DNA of 64,000 bases from Haliotis rubra. Its lineage: Eukaryota. The notes under the pieces are model-generated. The model was given only the letters and a program-made list of their open reading frames with translations. It did no database searches and was not told the origin of the DNA. Where the stretch lies: NCBI RefSeq assembly GCF_003918875.1, contig NW_025765448.1, positions 558,001 through 622,000 on the forward strand. Reading direction: 5' to 3'. Of this stretch, positions 25,922-38,690 are shown one piece after another. Both the position numbers and the translations under genes were made by a program. How positions within the stretch are numbered: position 1 is the first letter of the stretch; every line of letters begins with the position of its first letter.

Positions 25922-26161
25922 GACCCATGAAGATCTGCGTTGGAATTGATCTTCAGTAACCCATGCTTGTCCTAAGAGGCGACTAACAGGATCGGATGGT
26001 CAGGCTCACTGACTTGGTTGACACATGTCATCATATCCCAATTGCATAGATGGATGCCCATGCTGTTGATCACTGTATTGTCTGGTCCAGACTCAATTAT
26101 TTATAGATCGCTGCCGTATAGCTGAAATATTGCTGAGTGCTGCATAAAACAACAAACCAAC
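25922..26161 (+). mobile_element. SINE family B, full length
   Basis: gacccatgaagatc...cccatgcttgtcctaagaggcgactaa...aaacaacaaaccaac. Confidence 0.9.
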
Positions 26162-27580
26162 CATATTGAACTGTGTATGAGACTTTAATCAATCAGATGT
26201 GTGGGGATTACAGTATATGACAGATCCCAAGTGCCAAACACTTTTATCATTTGGTGATTCCAGGACAGAATAAGTCCCCAGTAGCTGATACCTGTACCCA
26301 TTGGGGATCCCAGAAATCAGAGCTGTCACCCATTCATATTCAAGGACAGAACAGGTCCTTAGGGCCCAAGACAGAATAGGGCCCCAGATCTCAAAGCTTA
26401 TATCTTTTAAGATTCCAGAGCAGAATTGGTCCCAAGCACCAAATGCTTGTACACCTTGGGAAATATGATGGGAGAATATTGTCCCAGTACCCAGTGGTGA
26501 TTTAGGAAGAATGTGTAGATTGAATGTGTAGACTCATATTATCAATAGTTGATTTCTTGGCTTAACTATGATTATTTACATGCTAATATTATGTAGGTAA
26601 TCATTGCTGATTGCATGGTAATGCAACACAGTCCCTTCAAATAGAGGAGCCTCAGCTTAAAAATTGGTCATTTGTAATAGATATTGTCACTAGAGATACC
26701 TGTGGCCGAGGAATTTGTTTCTTACACAGAGAATTGAAATGACTTGCTGTAAAAAGACACTGAAAAAGAGAAAGGTTTATATTCTTAAATCAAACAGCAG
26801 ATTCATTTGTCAGCTGTCCCTGAAACATGATTCTTCCATTGAAGTGGTTGTCAAAGAGGGAAGAGTTACCTCCCTTTGTTTAGTGCAGGAGTTTTACCAG
26901 ACTGTTTGAAACAGCTGTTTCCCATTAGCACTGATAAGTCATTAGTACCTTATTGTTTTCAATACGTATACAAGCTTTCAGTATCAACAGAAGTATTACA
27001 TTTTTGTGTTTTTGAAAAGAAACTCCTCCGTTTGCTTGTAACTCAAAGTCATTGAAGTGTTTATTAACATAAAATGTCTACATTGAGTCAAGGGGAAGTC
27101 AGTTGTGTCTGAAACAAACTATTGGGAATTAGACAATGTTGTTTACTTCATAGTCAACACTATCACAGTTGTATTCAGGACTAAGAGAGACAATGTTAAC
27201 TCTGTTGTTGTTTTACCATTTTCAGAAGGTTTTTCAGAAGAATGAGTTGATATTGCCCTGTTAAAAGTTATAGTCATCAGGTGTGATTAAAATTTAACAT
27301 CACATCCTTTTGCCCTGCCATATTGAGTTATTGTCTTTAAATGAACACTTTCTCCACTGGTGTGAACAATAATCCCTTTCATCCACATAGGAGTTTTACG
27401 CCAGTTTTATGTTGGTCTTATGCAGTCAATAAGATCATATTCAATGGCCAATTTGACCTATCACGAATTCAACAGCCATTGAAGCCAAAGGACAATATTA
27501 CACTCAAATTCTTATAGTTGTTTATTGGATGCTGTGTGTGTAAATGTATGGAAGAAAACAAATGTTTTCATATGTTTCAG

Positions 27581-27715
27581 GCTACCAGGGGACAAATTGT
27601 GACATGCTTGACAGCAACAGTGCCTGTGTCAGCTACCCCTGTCAGAATGGAGGGTCCTGTTCCAACATCCACAGCCTCTCGGACTTCACCTGCCACTGTA
27701 TGCCAGGATATAGGG
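27581..27715 (+). CDS. Notch: Notch exon: EGF3 (GYQGTNCDMLDSNSACVSYPCQNGGSCSNIHSLSDFTCHCMPGYRG)
   Basis: Acceptor tgtttcag and donor gtatgt at 27716. 135 nt, phase 1-1, in frame with both neighbours. Confidence 0.93.
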
Positions 27716-27757
27716 GTATGTGTGGCACCAGGCCATGGTGGCTCTATTCCAGGTAGC

Positions 27758-27988
27758 ACCCGTGGAGATCAGTGTTAGAATTGGTCTTCAGCAACCCATC
27801 CTTGTCCTTAGGGGCGACTGACGGGATCGGGTGGTCAGGCTCGCTGACTTAATTGAGACGTCATTGTATCTCAATCGCGTAGATCAATGCTCATGCTCTT
27901 GATCACTGGACTGTCTGGTCGAGACTCAATTATTTATGGGCCACTGCCATATAGCTGGAATATTGCTGAGTGTGACATTAAACAACAA
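27758..27988 (+). mobile_element. SINE family B, filling most of the 381-bp intron between the EGF3 and EGF4-5 exons
   Basis: acccgtggagatc...gggatcgggtggtcaggctcgctgac...gctggaatattgctgagtg. Confidence 0.9.
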
Positions 27989-28096
27989 TTGTTGCTCATT
28001 TGTGCCCTAACAGCGGCAATTGAGTTAAATCAACTTCCTGAAACCGAGCCGTGTTTTGTGTAATGTGTACTGTGTATGTGTTATTTCATATTTCAG

Positions 28097-28301
28097 GCCG
28101 ATATTGTGAGTTAGATGATCATTGTGCATCTATGCCGTGTCGGAATGACGGAAGATGTACGTCCTCAAGCTATGGATTTACCTGTGAATGTACGCGAGGA
28201 TTCCGTGGAAAGACTTGTATGGATGATGTTGACGAGTGCAACGAGAATTCAAACCTATGCTTAAATGGCGGCTGGTGTCAGAATACCTATGGAGATTTCG
28301 A
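28097..28301 (+). CDS. Notch: Notch exon: EGF4 and most of Ca-binding EGF5 (GRYCELDDHCASMPCRNDGRC...DDVDECNENSNLCLNGGWCQNTYGDFE)
   Basis: Acceptor tttcag at 28091-28096 and donor gtatgt at 28302. 205 nt, phase 1-2. Confidence 0.93.
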
Positions 28302-29265
28302 GTATGTATTGGGTCTCAAGCATATAGTACATATTCTTTATTCCAAAATTATTTTATCACCTGATGATTAACTTATCTTTTTTGTTAACACCTGGCATCT
28401 TCACTGATTGTCAGGGATTCATACAAATAATCTGCTTTGCTGTCTTGCCTGGTCCAGATTTACATAACGGGAATAGCTAGAAATTTGCTGACTTGCATAA
28501 AGTAAAGTGTCAAGGAACCTGTTAAATTAACTAAGTGAAGTTGTCAAATAGCATTTTGGTTTGTTCAGTTCCAAGTCAGTAAGGTCACAATATGGCATAC
28601 CATATTGTCCTAGTTACCGCATGAAGCCAGGAAGTCACATGCTATAATAACGACCCTTTACCAATCAAATCTGTAAGATAACCGCCATGACACATTGTTT
28701 GGACAAAAGCAAGAAAACCAGGGGTCAGTGTCATTACCCTGATCTGAACAATTGATGAATCCAGAAGTCAAATGCTACTGCTTCTGCCTTGATGACCGTC
28801 AAATATCAATACAACAGACTTGTCCCATAAACTATACATCTTTGATGGGATAAATATGTAAATTAGATCAATGTATGCAGTTGAATACAGTGTTTAAAGT
28901 TGCTTCTCAATGACATATTGACTGACATTACCAAAATGTTTTGGTTCGGCTTTTCCAAAGACTTATTCTTTCGACAAACATGTCAGCAAATTATCTGGCA
29001 CTCTATGATAAATGAGCTGGTTCACTCGTACATTGGGTACACAATTCATACACAATTAATTATCCAAATGACATCTCAAAGTAAAAGCTTGGTCCTTTCT
29101 TATTGTTGTTTTAGTCATCATTTTGCATTTTTGTCTAAAGGTTTTTGAGTATGTCCCAACTTTGACACAGCACTGTTTACTGTGGATGAAGTTGTGTTGA
29201 TTAATTAAGAATGATGTAATATGGTAAAGAGATGATTACTCCTATGTGTTTCTCTATTGTGATTA

Positions 29266-29425
29266 GGGCTGGCGGGGTAGCCTTATGGTTAAAGCATTCG
29301 TTCGTCACACCGAAGACCCAGGTTCAATTCCCTACATTGTGTGAAGCCTTTATCTGGTGTCCCACCGCCGTGATATTGCTAGAATATTCCTAAAACTGGC
29401 ATAAAACTAAACTCACTCACTCACC
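29266..29425 (+). mobile_element. SINE family A, about 60 bp upstream of the EGF6 exon
   Basis: TSD ctattgtgatt at 29254-29264 and 29426-29436. Confidence 0.9.
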
Positions 29426-29494
29426 CTATTGTGATTGTCTTATGTTTTTATGAACAATTTACACCGAATAATGATGCTAATTTGTGGCATGAAG

Positions 29495-29628
29495 GTGTGA
29501 GTGCCCAGAGCGGTATACTGGACGCCACTGTGCGGAGAGGTACATCCCATGTAACCCAAGTCCCTGCCAGCATGGAGGCAGCTGTACCAGGACCGATGAG
29601 CTGCAGTACCAGTGTACCTGCCTTGCTG
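29495..29628 (+). CDS. Notch: Notch exon: end of EGF5 and EGF6 (CECPERYTGRHCAERYIPCNPSPCQHGGSCTRTDELQYQCTCLAG)
   Basis: Not in the ORF track in this frame; translated by hand. AAG acceptor at 29492-29494 and donor gtaagt at 29629. 134 nt, phase 2-1. The YxPCxPSPCQxGG motif is characteristic of Notch EGF6. Confidence 0.92.
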
Positions 29629-29636
29629 GTAAGTCC

Positions 29637-29855
29637 TTTGAAGCCCTTCTTTTAGAAATATTACACATCCCATGGTGATTTTTGTACATAATGTTGGTTG
29701 AAGCCCTCCATTTAGAGGTATTACATACCTCATGGTGTTTTTCATATGTCATGTCACTTAGAGCCAGCCATTTAGAGAGATTGCATTACCCATGTAGTCT
29801 TTGGTACATCATGTTGTTTAAAACCCTCCTTTTTGAGGGATTACATGTTGTATTT
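29637..29855. repeat. Diverged 60-bp tandem repeat (about 3.6 copies) just after the exon donor
   Basis: aagccc...tttaga...tta/gca...catg recurs at 29641, 29701, 29761 and 29821. Confidence 0.7.
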
Positions 29856-30544
29856 CATGTGTTCTCCACCTTTAACTCTTCGAATTGAAATGTGACCCTG
29901 CACACTTTGTTCAGCAGAGGTGAGAGTTGTCAGCACTTTGATGGTACATGAGTGACTGAATGAACACATTGCAGGACCATTATCACATTTTAATCCAGTT
30001 TTATTTTGCCATCCTGTTGACCATGTGCTGTGTGACAATTATGACCAGTACATGTGAAATAATTGCGACAATAATGAATGACTAGATCATAGCGCAGTTA
30101 ATATTTAATCCTGCATTGTGGCCCCAGTGTCACGATCTTCCTGCTGCCCTGTGGATCTGCCTTGACCAATGGTGGTAATGGCCGTGCTATAATTGCGAAG
30201 GTGATATATTGGGGCTGTCAGATATGACAGCCTGTCACATCAGGGTGTTTGTGACCAACATAGATTGACTGGTTCAGAGGGAAGATGACATTTAACTGAC
30301 TCTAACATCCCTGGCCCGCAGTGACCACTGGCTTGTGTCAACAAAGGTTTACATTAGTATGGGACTGATGTTTTTGTGATTTGGCTCACAAAATAATCAA
30401 ATGTCATCAAAGGCTGTGAATGTAGATCAGAAGTGTTCCCATACGCAAAAATAGCACACAGACCTCATGCCTGACTAGTCTTCTTGTGCGCATTTTGGCC
30501 TTGAAAAGATGTAAACATATGTTGTACTGATCACAATGTGGAGA

Positions 30545-31245
30545 TTCCTGGCAGAATAGTCCCCATGTACCTCATGTTGGTCTTCCTGTAGGGACTAGGT
30601 AGAATGTATCTGTGGTATCTCCTGCTGATCTTCCTGTATGGACTCCAGGCTGAATAGGCCCCATGTACCTCATGTTGGTCTTCCTGTAGGGACTAGGTAG
30701 AATATATCTGTGTTATCTCCTGCTGATCTTCCTGTATGGACTCCAGGCTGAATAGGCCCCATGTACCTCATGTTGGTCTTCCTGTAGGGACTAGGTAGAA
30801 TATATCTGTGTTATCTCCTGCTGATGTTCCTGTATGGACTCCAGGCATAATAGCTCTGTACTGTCTCCTGCTGATGTTCCTGTAGGGATTCTAGGCATAA
30901 TAGCTCTGTACTATCTCCTGCTGATCTTCCTGTATGGACTCCAGGCATAATAGCTCTGTACTGTCTCCTGCTGATGTTCCTGTAGGGATTCTAGGCATAA
31001 TAGCTCTGTACTATCTCCTACTGATGTTCCTGTGGTGATTCTTTGCAGAAAAGGCCCCTTGTATTTCATGTTGGTCTCCCTATAGGGACTGGGTAGAATA
31101 TCTCTGTGGTATCTCCTGCTGATGTTCCTGTGGGGATTCTGGGCAGCTTGTACCTCCTGCATGGATCCCAATGAAATTCTGGGACAGAACAGTTCCCTGT
31201 TATATCTTGCTGGAGGGACTCTAGGCAGAATATATCCCAGGTTCT
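30545..31245. repeat. Minisatellite with ~48-50-bp monomers and 98/100-bp dimeric higher-order units
   Basis: catgtacc recurs at 30564, 30662 and 30760. cataatagctctgta recurs every 50 bp from 30846 to 30996. Confidence 0.9.
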
Positions 31246-32269
31246 TCACGCTTGTCTAATTGAAAGGATTTGGGACAGCACGTCATGGTTTTCTACCAAT
31301 GAAATTGTTGGTGACAGTGTAAAACTTAGCATGTCATTGTTCCATCCACTGCTGAGTTTCAATATGTCAGTCCTTGTAATATGTACTTCTACAAATAAAT
31401 TATTGTTTGCCATATATAAAGATTAAAGATATTTCGTCCATACAAAGAATTATAAATATTACAGTCAATGTACAAAGGATGATAGATACAGATTTTACCA
31501 TACACGAGACTGTGTAAAATCTGCAAACATGATATACATTACAATACTTACACACACACACAGGCTGTGATGATTCACTTGTGTATTTGGCAAATCGAAC
31601 CATATTCCTTCATGAATTCAATTCAGTATCTGTGATTGCTAAAATTGAATATTAATGAATTTTTATGTAAAGAGTGTTGTGAATTTGGTTGTTAATTATC
31701 AAACCAAATTGGCCAAATGGAATATATCCAAAACCGTCACTACAATAGTCAACACTTTTAAATTTCTTTTGACAGTAATGTGGTCACTGGTCATTGGTAT
31801 GACAAATTATCACTGTCAGCATGGCGAAAACATGTCAAATAATCTATTTTGTTATTTCTCACTGAATATAATGAATAATACATCAACTGGGGACATGGTA
31901 TGGAATCTGTGAAAAGTAGTAGCATTTGTTACCCTATATTTGTGATATGTACCATACTTGTCTTATTGTGGATTCATTGCAACCCCATAACATACATGTA
32001 CGCACGCACGCATGCATGTACACACACACACACATTCATACAGCACTCTTAAATGGGTGGTAGTAGAAGGATATCTCTATAGTATTAACGAATGAAAAAT
32101 CGGAAATATTTTGTTTGCATATCAGAGTGTGAGAATGCTTTTGTTCTGAAGGAAAGGCTATAGCTGTAATGGGGAAGGGGTTTGTTGAGGATAGTGATGG
32201 AAGAGGGGGTGATTTAGCAATATCGTTACAGTCGAAAATGACCAACACTATGTAATTGTTTAAGCGGTA

Positions 32270-32510
32270 TTCTAGAAGTTGGTGAGTCAATAATGAAGCA
32301 TAAGGCTTCATGGATAACAACTTTTTGTTTATCTTTTCCTTGTTTATTGCATGGAGACATTTCGGTGTAAATTCTCACACCGTTATCAAGCTAAGCGGAG
32401 AATGCCTATAAAACAATTAAGAAGTTGTTATCAATGATAACACCAAAACGTTGCTCTCTGCAGTAAACAAGAGGCTGTTATCCATAATTTGAATGCTTCA
32501 TTATTGGCCT
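32270..32510. mobile_element. Second Penelope-like inverted terminal-repeat relic with a decayed minus-strand hammerhead motif (32356-32391)
   Basis: Minus strand gcTTGATAAcGGTGTgagaatttACACCGAAATGTC. Inverted arms aataatgaagca...tggataaca / tgttatcca...tgcttcattatt. Confidence 0.65.
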
Positions 32511-35500
32511 ACACTAAGTAGTATATACGTTATACGCACTGTTCCCAGTTTTGAGTTATTTTGCAATTCATCATTCTCAATTGGAGACAAAGTGACTGTA
32601 CATGCATACACAATAGACGAATGATCTTCAGCATTTTTACAAAGCAGTCATTTTCATCATTTCATGATTGATAGACTCACATCACTTCTTACAGAATTGT
32701 GATAAAATATGAGGTCTTTTTAAAAGCAAAAAATGAAGAACACTATCTTATCGTTTAGCGTGAACAAAAGAAGTTCATGTCTTGGTGTATGGTTACAAGT
32801 CTGTGATAGATTTGAATAGAGGAATTTCCCATATATGGTTTGATGCAATCAGCCATGCAGCTAATGAACAAACTTAACATTTAGCTCAAATGCTCATTTT
32901 TCATTGGTTAGGACAGGCAATTACTCTTTCGTCCTGCCATCGGAACAAAAGGCCTGTCATTCTCCCACCAAACACTCTCGCCAAAGAAGTTTATTAAATA
33001 TGAGGCCCCTGGTTGTGAACATTCATAAGCAATTGTTTTCTTGACATGCTTATAAAACTACATCTGTCGACAAATTCTTTAATAGAATTATTTCATGTGA
33101 TGTCCCGTTATTCAATCTTTGTTTTCAGGGAAGTAGTTTTATACAATATTTGCTTGCTCAGGATGAATTTATTTGTCCAACTTCTGGCAAGTGCGTATTG
33201 CTCACATGTCGATGAAGTCATTTTCTAATTAAACAGTCTTGCCACAAAATGATCACTCGGTTTGATTGCATATTTTTCTTTCTGTGTTTGTTTTGATTAA
33301 GAGCTTTTTGGGGTGGCTGTCTGATTTCTTTGTTTACTGACTTCCTATAAATCTTACAACTCATTCGCAGGGTTTTACATAATAATGGACATTTTTTCAT
33401 TTTTTGGTCAGATTCCTTTTAAATCTTAATCTGTTAAATGTTAGAGGCCAAATATCTTTATGTACTTGAAGCTGTTTAATGGGAGAGGTAACTGACTCTT
33501 ACTGTAAAACACTTCACAACATTGCTTGAAGAATGACAGACACCTACAAATAAAAGAACCCAAATTCTTTGAAAACTTGTTTATTCACTGAAAGTGTTTT
33601 TAGTAATTATAAAACCTCTTTGAAACTTTGGTAGTGAAAAGTTGGTCAGCAAATTCTGGTATTGACTTTTACATATAATAGTTTATACAGCAACTTGATG
33701 TGTTCCCTTACTTGATATGATGCACTGGTCTCAGTTTTCAGTGTAATAGTGTGAGGTTTATGATCTTGCTGCAAACAGGTACTGAAAACAATTAGGCAGT
33801 TACTGTTTTTCTGACACGATTGTTTTGCTCCTAAAGTATAGTTGTTAGATTCAGTGGGTGATTCAGAATCATTAATGACTTGTCCTATTGAGAACAGCTC
33901 CCAACTTAAACTTGAATGGCTTCCATTGCGCCATTATTTTCAGAATATTAGTTCTGCGGCAACTAATTATAAATAGTGCCTTCAGATAGCTGTTATTGCA
34001 TTTATTCCCCATTATATGTGAGGGTTTCTACACTTCAGCTAATGGGTCAACTATGCTGCCCAAAATGTGGCGTTTTTCTTGAGCTAACGATCAGGTTTGT
34101 TGATTCTGATGCAAAAACCTACTCAGAATCTGGAATAAGCCTCCTATTCAAGGACAGGTAACTCTCAGGCAAACACACTGACGAAGTGCTTGCGATCAGC
34201 CCCTATAGGCAGTGGTGTGGGCTGCGATCGACAATCCATCCTGCGGAACTTCTAGGGGCTAGTTATTCACAAAGACAACACAAATGCGGAGCCCGAGTCC
34301 ACAAAGGATTTGTTTGTTTCGAGAACAACGCATACTTTTTCCATAAGACAAACACATGGTTTAGAATGCACCCATTTCTCCCAGTGATATCATCCTTTGA
34401 ACTTGTCCCAGGCCAGGCAGAGTCTGGATGTGGAGCAAGAAGCAACTGGAACGCTGAAACACAGCAGATCTAGATGTAATTGAATGGACATGAACTTGAA
34501 CCATCCAGCCAAGATTGGGGGTGTTTCAGCAAGGGTGTTGATTTGAGTCTCAACTGGGAAAACCTCTTCAACATTTGCATCCAGATTCTGTGACTGACAA
34601 GAATCAGCAGCTTATCTTGTGACTTATATCAATTGGCTACCTGAGGAAGCATGAAGATTTGTCAGTATGAATTGGATATTTATAAGAAGTTAGATTGACC
34701 TTATGTGTGTTTTGGAGGTCTTGATAGTATTTTGTTGATGATGAGGGCTGGGTTGATAATTTTGAACAAGTTATGATTCAACTCTTCAAATTTCTTTTTA
34801 TCTTATTCCTGATACGGATCAAGTTAGTAACAGAATTTGTGTTCTGAGTTACAGTTTCACTCTCTGTATAGAAACGCCAGTGTCTTGGACTTTCCAACTT
34901 GACTGATTTCTCAGTAATGAATATTTCTGGTGGAAATAATATATATTACTAATGTTTAAGTTTATTTTCTGTGGAAATCTGTTGTCACTATAACAAGTCT
35001 GTTTTGTTTACATGAGTTCAGTGGTAGGCAAATATTTGTATTGTAACAAACTTCCTGTTAATGTTTATGATTAATTTCGTAATTGGAAATATTAAAACTT
35101 GTCGCAGCATTTGTATAAAACATTTCATCATGATATTGTAGATGTTGTTGATGTGAAGTAATTTGTATGTCAGTAACAGTGGAGTAACAATTACTCCGTC
35201 CAGTTGTGTTGACATTCAGTCATTAATAGAATTAGTTAATGAATTCTGCTTGTCAGGTGAGAAGTGTCAGGCCAGGTATTGTCTTCAGGCATAGCTCGTT
35301 AACTCAGGTGGAACACCAACTGGAGCGAGACCGAAGCTACACCGTTATACATCAACACTGAGTACTGTTTCATGTGCATATCCGGGAAACTGACAGCCTA
35401 AATGAGGAATTTGACAATTTGAGTACAGATTGTTCTTGTGTTGTGTTGTGGTTGACAGGAAATCTGCATGATGTCGTCAGGTCATGCTTGACTGGAAGTG

Positions 35501-38491
35501 TAGACTATTGATGTTCTGTTTGAACAATGGCTGTGATGTTGTGTTGCACCTGAATGACTTGGCTAAAGATAGTTATTACATACTGTGATGGTGCCAGCTC
35601 CGTATGGATTTTCAAGAGCTGTTCGGGTGTACAGCAATTCTGTGATGAGTTGATGCTTAGGGACATGTGTATGTGTATTTAAGAGAAGTTGTTTCTTGTT
35701 TTGTTGGATGGACTGTGTCGCTATGTGAAGTCTTAAGCATTACAGGATATAAGTAATATGGTATATCCGTGAGATACCTCTCAATATCGCCCAGTTAGAC
35801 AATAGCGTGTGGGAGATAACTTCCAGTGGGATTTTCCGGATGATTCAAGATGATGTCAGAGAATGACATTGTTTTGATACTGCTGGAATGACATAGTATT
35901 CTGAAGTTCTTATCACTGTCCTCCGTGATATCACAAGTCACAACCATCTTTCAGTGAAATATGAAAAATCAGAGTTTTGAAATTGATCTCTTCATGATGT
36001 GAAAATGGATGTCATCACCAAAGACAAGTAATGTTATTTTAATGGAATGAATATTTATTCCTTTTGCCTGAGGAAAGGAAGAGGAAAACAGTTTAAAGAT
36101 GAAATAACATGTAATATAAACATAGCCTTAAGAATCTTTTGTGCAAGAGTTTGTCTGCCATCACAAAAGTTTAGAAATCGGAGACAGTTTGCGTACAAAT
36201 CAAGATCTTTCAAAACTCTCATTTCCACAAGGACAGTAATAGCCGGTCCACCAGTGACCCAGGGTCTCACTGTCATCAACAGGTAGAAATACCTGCTACT
36301 AGTGTCCATTGAACACAACTGATTTGTTTGTGTGGGGAGAAAAGGTTCCCCCTGCAACAGCTGTGAGCCTAAGCTGGCTGGTCCCCGAATTCTATTGTGT
36401 GAGAGAGGGGAGCCTTATTACAGGCAGCCCCAGTGCTGTGATTACCATTTGAATAGGCCACTTCCCTTCTCCCAGCCATGTGACCGGGCCATAATTGTCG
36501 CTTGCGATGTGAAACTCTTGTGCTCGCTCAAGCGAGGACTAGGAGAGACAGCGGAGCTTTGCCCTATGTGCTGTGTGACTGGGCTGTGTAGGCATTCAAT
36601 GGTTGAAGTCCACGGACACAGATTTGTTGTGGGATAAACTTATGTACAGCAGGGATTGTTTGGTGTACTAGCCCACTCTTTGGATATTTTACTGGAATAT
36701 GTCTTAACTAACAATGCCTGGGACATTACTCGGCTCTTTTTGGATACTTGGAGTGGTTGTCTTCATTGGAAGTAAGTATTTCATGTGCTGGTTGTTGAAG
36801 TTTGAGAAAGTTGATCCACATGCACACATCTGTTGATTGTGGTTGTCCTAGTTCACCCTCCAACTTCCACCAACACTCAACAGATTTAACAATCTATACT
36901 ACAGCTATGAAGTTTATTACAATCTTAATGCTTCAATTTCCGTGCAGACAGGTTGACTTTGTAAACCCAAAGTATAGAAGCTGAAAGTTTGTTGGCATTT
37001 TCCCAGGCCTCGGCATCCACATGGGTTCTCACAGTGCTGGCAGCCTAGAAGTAGGGCTGAGAAACTCAAGCTGGGAGCTGCCACTCTGTGATGCAATGTG
37101 TACTTATAAACACTTGTAGATATAACAGATTACTTACTAGTTGATATCAGTCCCCTTGTATAATAATTAGTCCACCCAACACTGTGTACTGTTTATGAAA
37201 TAAGTTCATGAGGAGGGTTACTTGGGCCTGAAGTGTGTACAGGCTATGTCTTCCATGTTTGTAAACAGGTGCTTGTTGATTTTGATGTACTAAGTATGCT
37301 TATAACTTTATGGGAGGTAGGTTAGGTACACTGGGAGTATTATGTGGTGTCTGTTATCTTGTGTCTGTATTAAATCAGGGCTGTTGATTCATACTTAGGA
37401 CCAGAAATCACAACAGCTCATACCACAGAGTTAAAGATAACCATTCTGTTGTTTAGATCCTTCACATAATCATTTGATATCAGGTGTGTTAAGTCTTCCT
37501 GATGTCAGTGATTTACATTTAAACAGGACACTTGGAAGTTAAAATGTTAGAACCGACAGTATTTTTTTTGCTATTGAAACAGTTTAATAAAAGAATTTGA
37601 CATGTTTTGATTAACAGACTAATATTAACAATAGTTGAATTGTATTTTGACACATGATATATGTGGATTTCAGTCTGTTCACCTGAATACACAATGCCAT
37701 TTAGAAAGTGTTATATGTGGGATGACACTTTCTCAGTAAAGTACAGATACTAGTACTTTTGTTGGGTTGACTCCCATCTGGGATCCGAATCCACACTCAG
37801 GCACCTATCATCAGCACACGCCTGGGATATTTTTCGTCATATTAATTTATATCATGAATGGGGCAAAAAGTAGTCTCAAATATTGTGTGTTAGCAATGTG
37901 GATGTTGAGTACAGATGTGTTGCTAATGTATGAACAGCCTATCAGAGATCTGAGGTGTATATTTATCATTGCATAAATGTTGTTCACTTGTAACTGTCCT
38001 GGAGAGACGACCTGACCACCACCACTCAGTTGTTGTCTCCTGTCATGGACCTGGTGTTGGTGGGGAAGTTGACTGACAGTATGTTGCAACGTAGACCAAC
38101 AAGTAGGATGTACAATACAGTATTCACAATGTAGACCGTCAATGTGTAGGGAAATATATATAGAATCTCCCCCAAGTGTCTACTGATATCAATTATATCA
38201 ACGAGTGTTAATATAAGTGATATCAGTAGACACGAGGGTGAGATTGTATTTATCATCAAAAATCATTCTTCATTAGTTTTCAATGAAAAATGTACATCTC
38301 TCAACACTGTAGTAGCATTAGACTTGCAGTGCAGTGATGTCATAGCATTGTCAGGGCATTGTATATAATCAACTGTCAAAACGATATCTCCTAGGAGATA
38401 TCATATGATCTCACACAAGCGATATCTCCTGTGGAACACAGTTTTGGATGATACATGTAGAATGTGTATATGAGAATGTAACCAAAGACAG

Positions 38492-38690
38492 TGAGTGAGT
38501 GTATAGTGAGTGAGTTTAGTTTTATGCCACACCCGGCAATATTTCAGTTATCAGGAGGTGTTTTGTAAATAACCCGAGTCTGGACCAGACAATCCAATGA
38601 TCAACAGCATAAGCATCGATCTACGCAATTGGGATACGATGACAAGTGTCAACCAAGTCAGCAAGCCTGACCACTCTATCCTGTTAGACA
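38492..38690 (-). mobile_element. SINE family B with (actc)n tail
   Basis: gagtctggaccagacaatcca...caaccaagtcagcaagcctgaccac. Confidence 0.85.
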
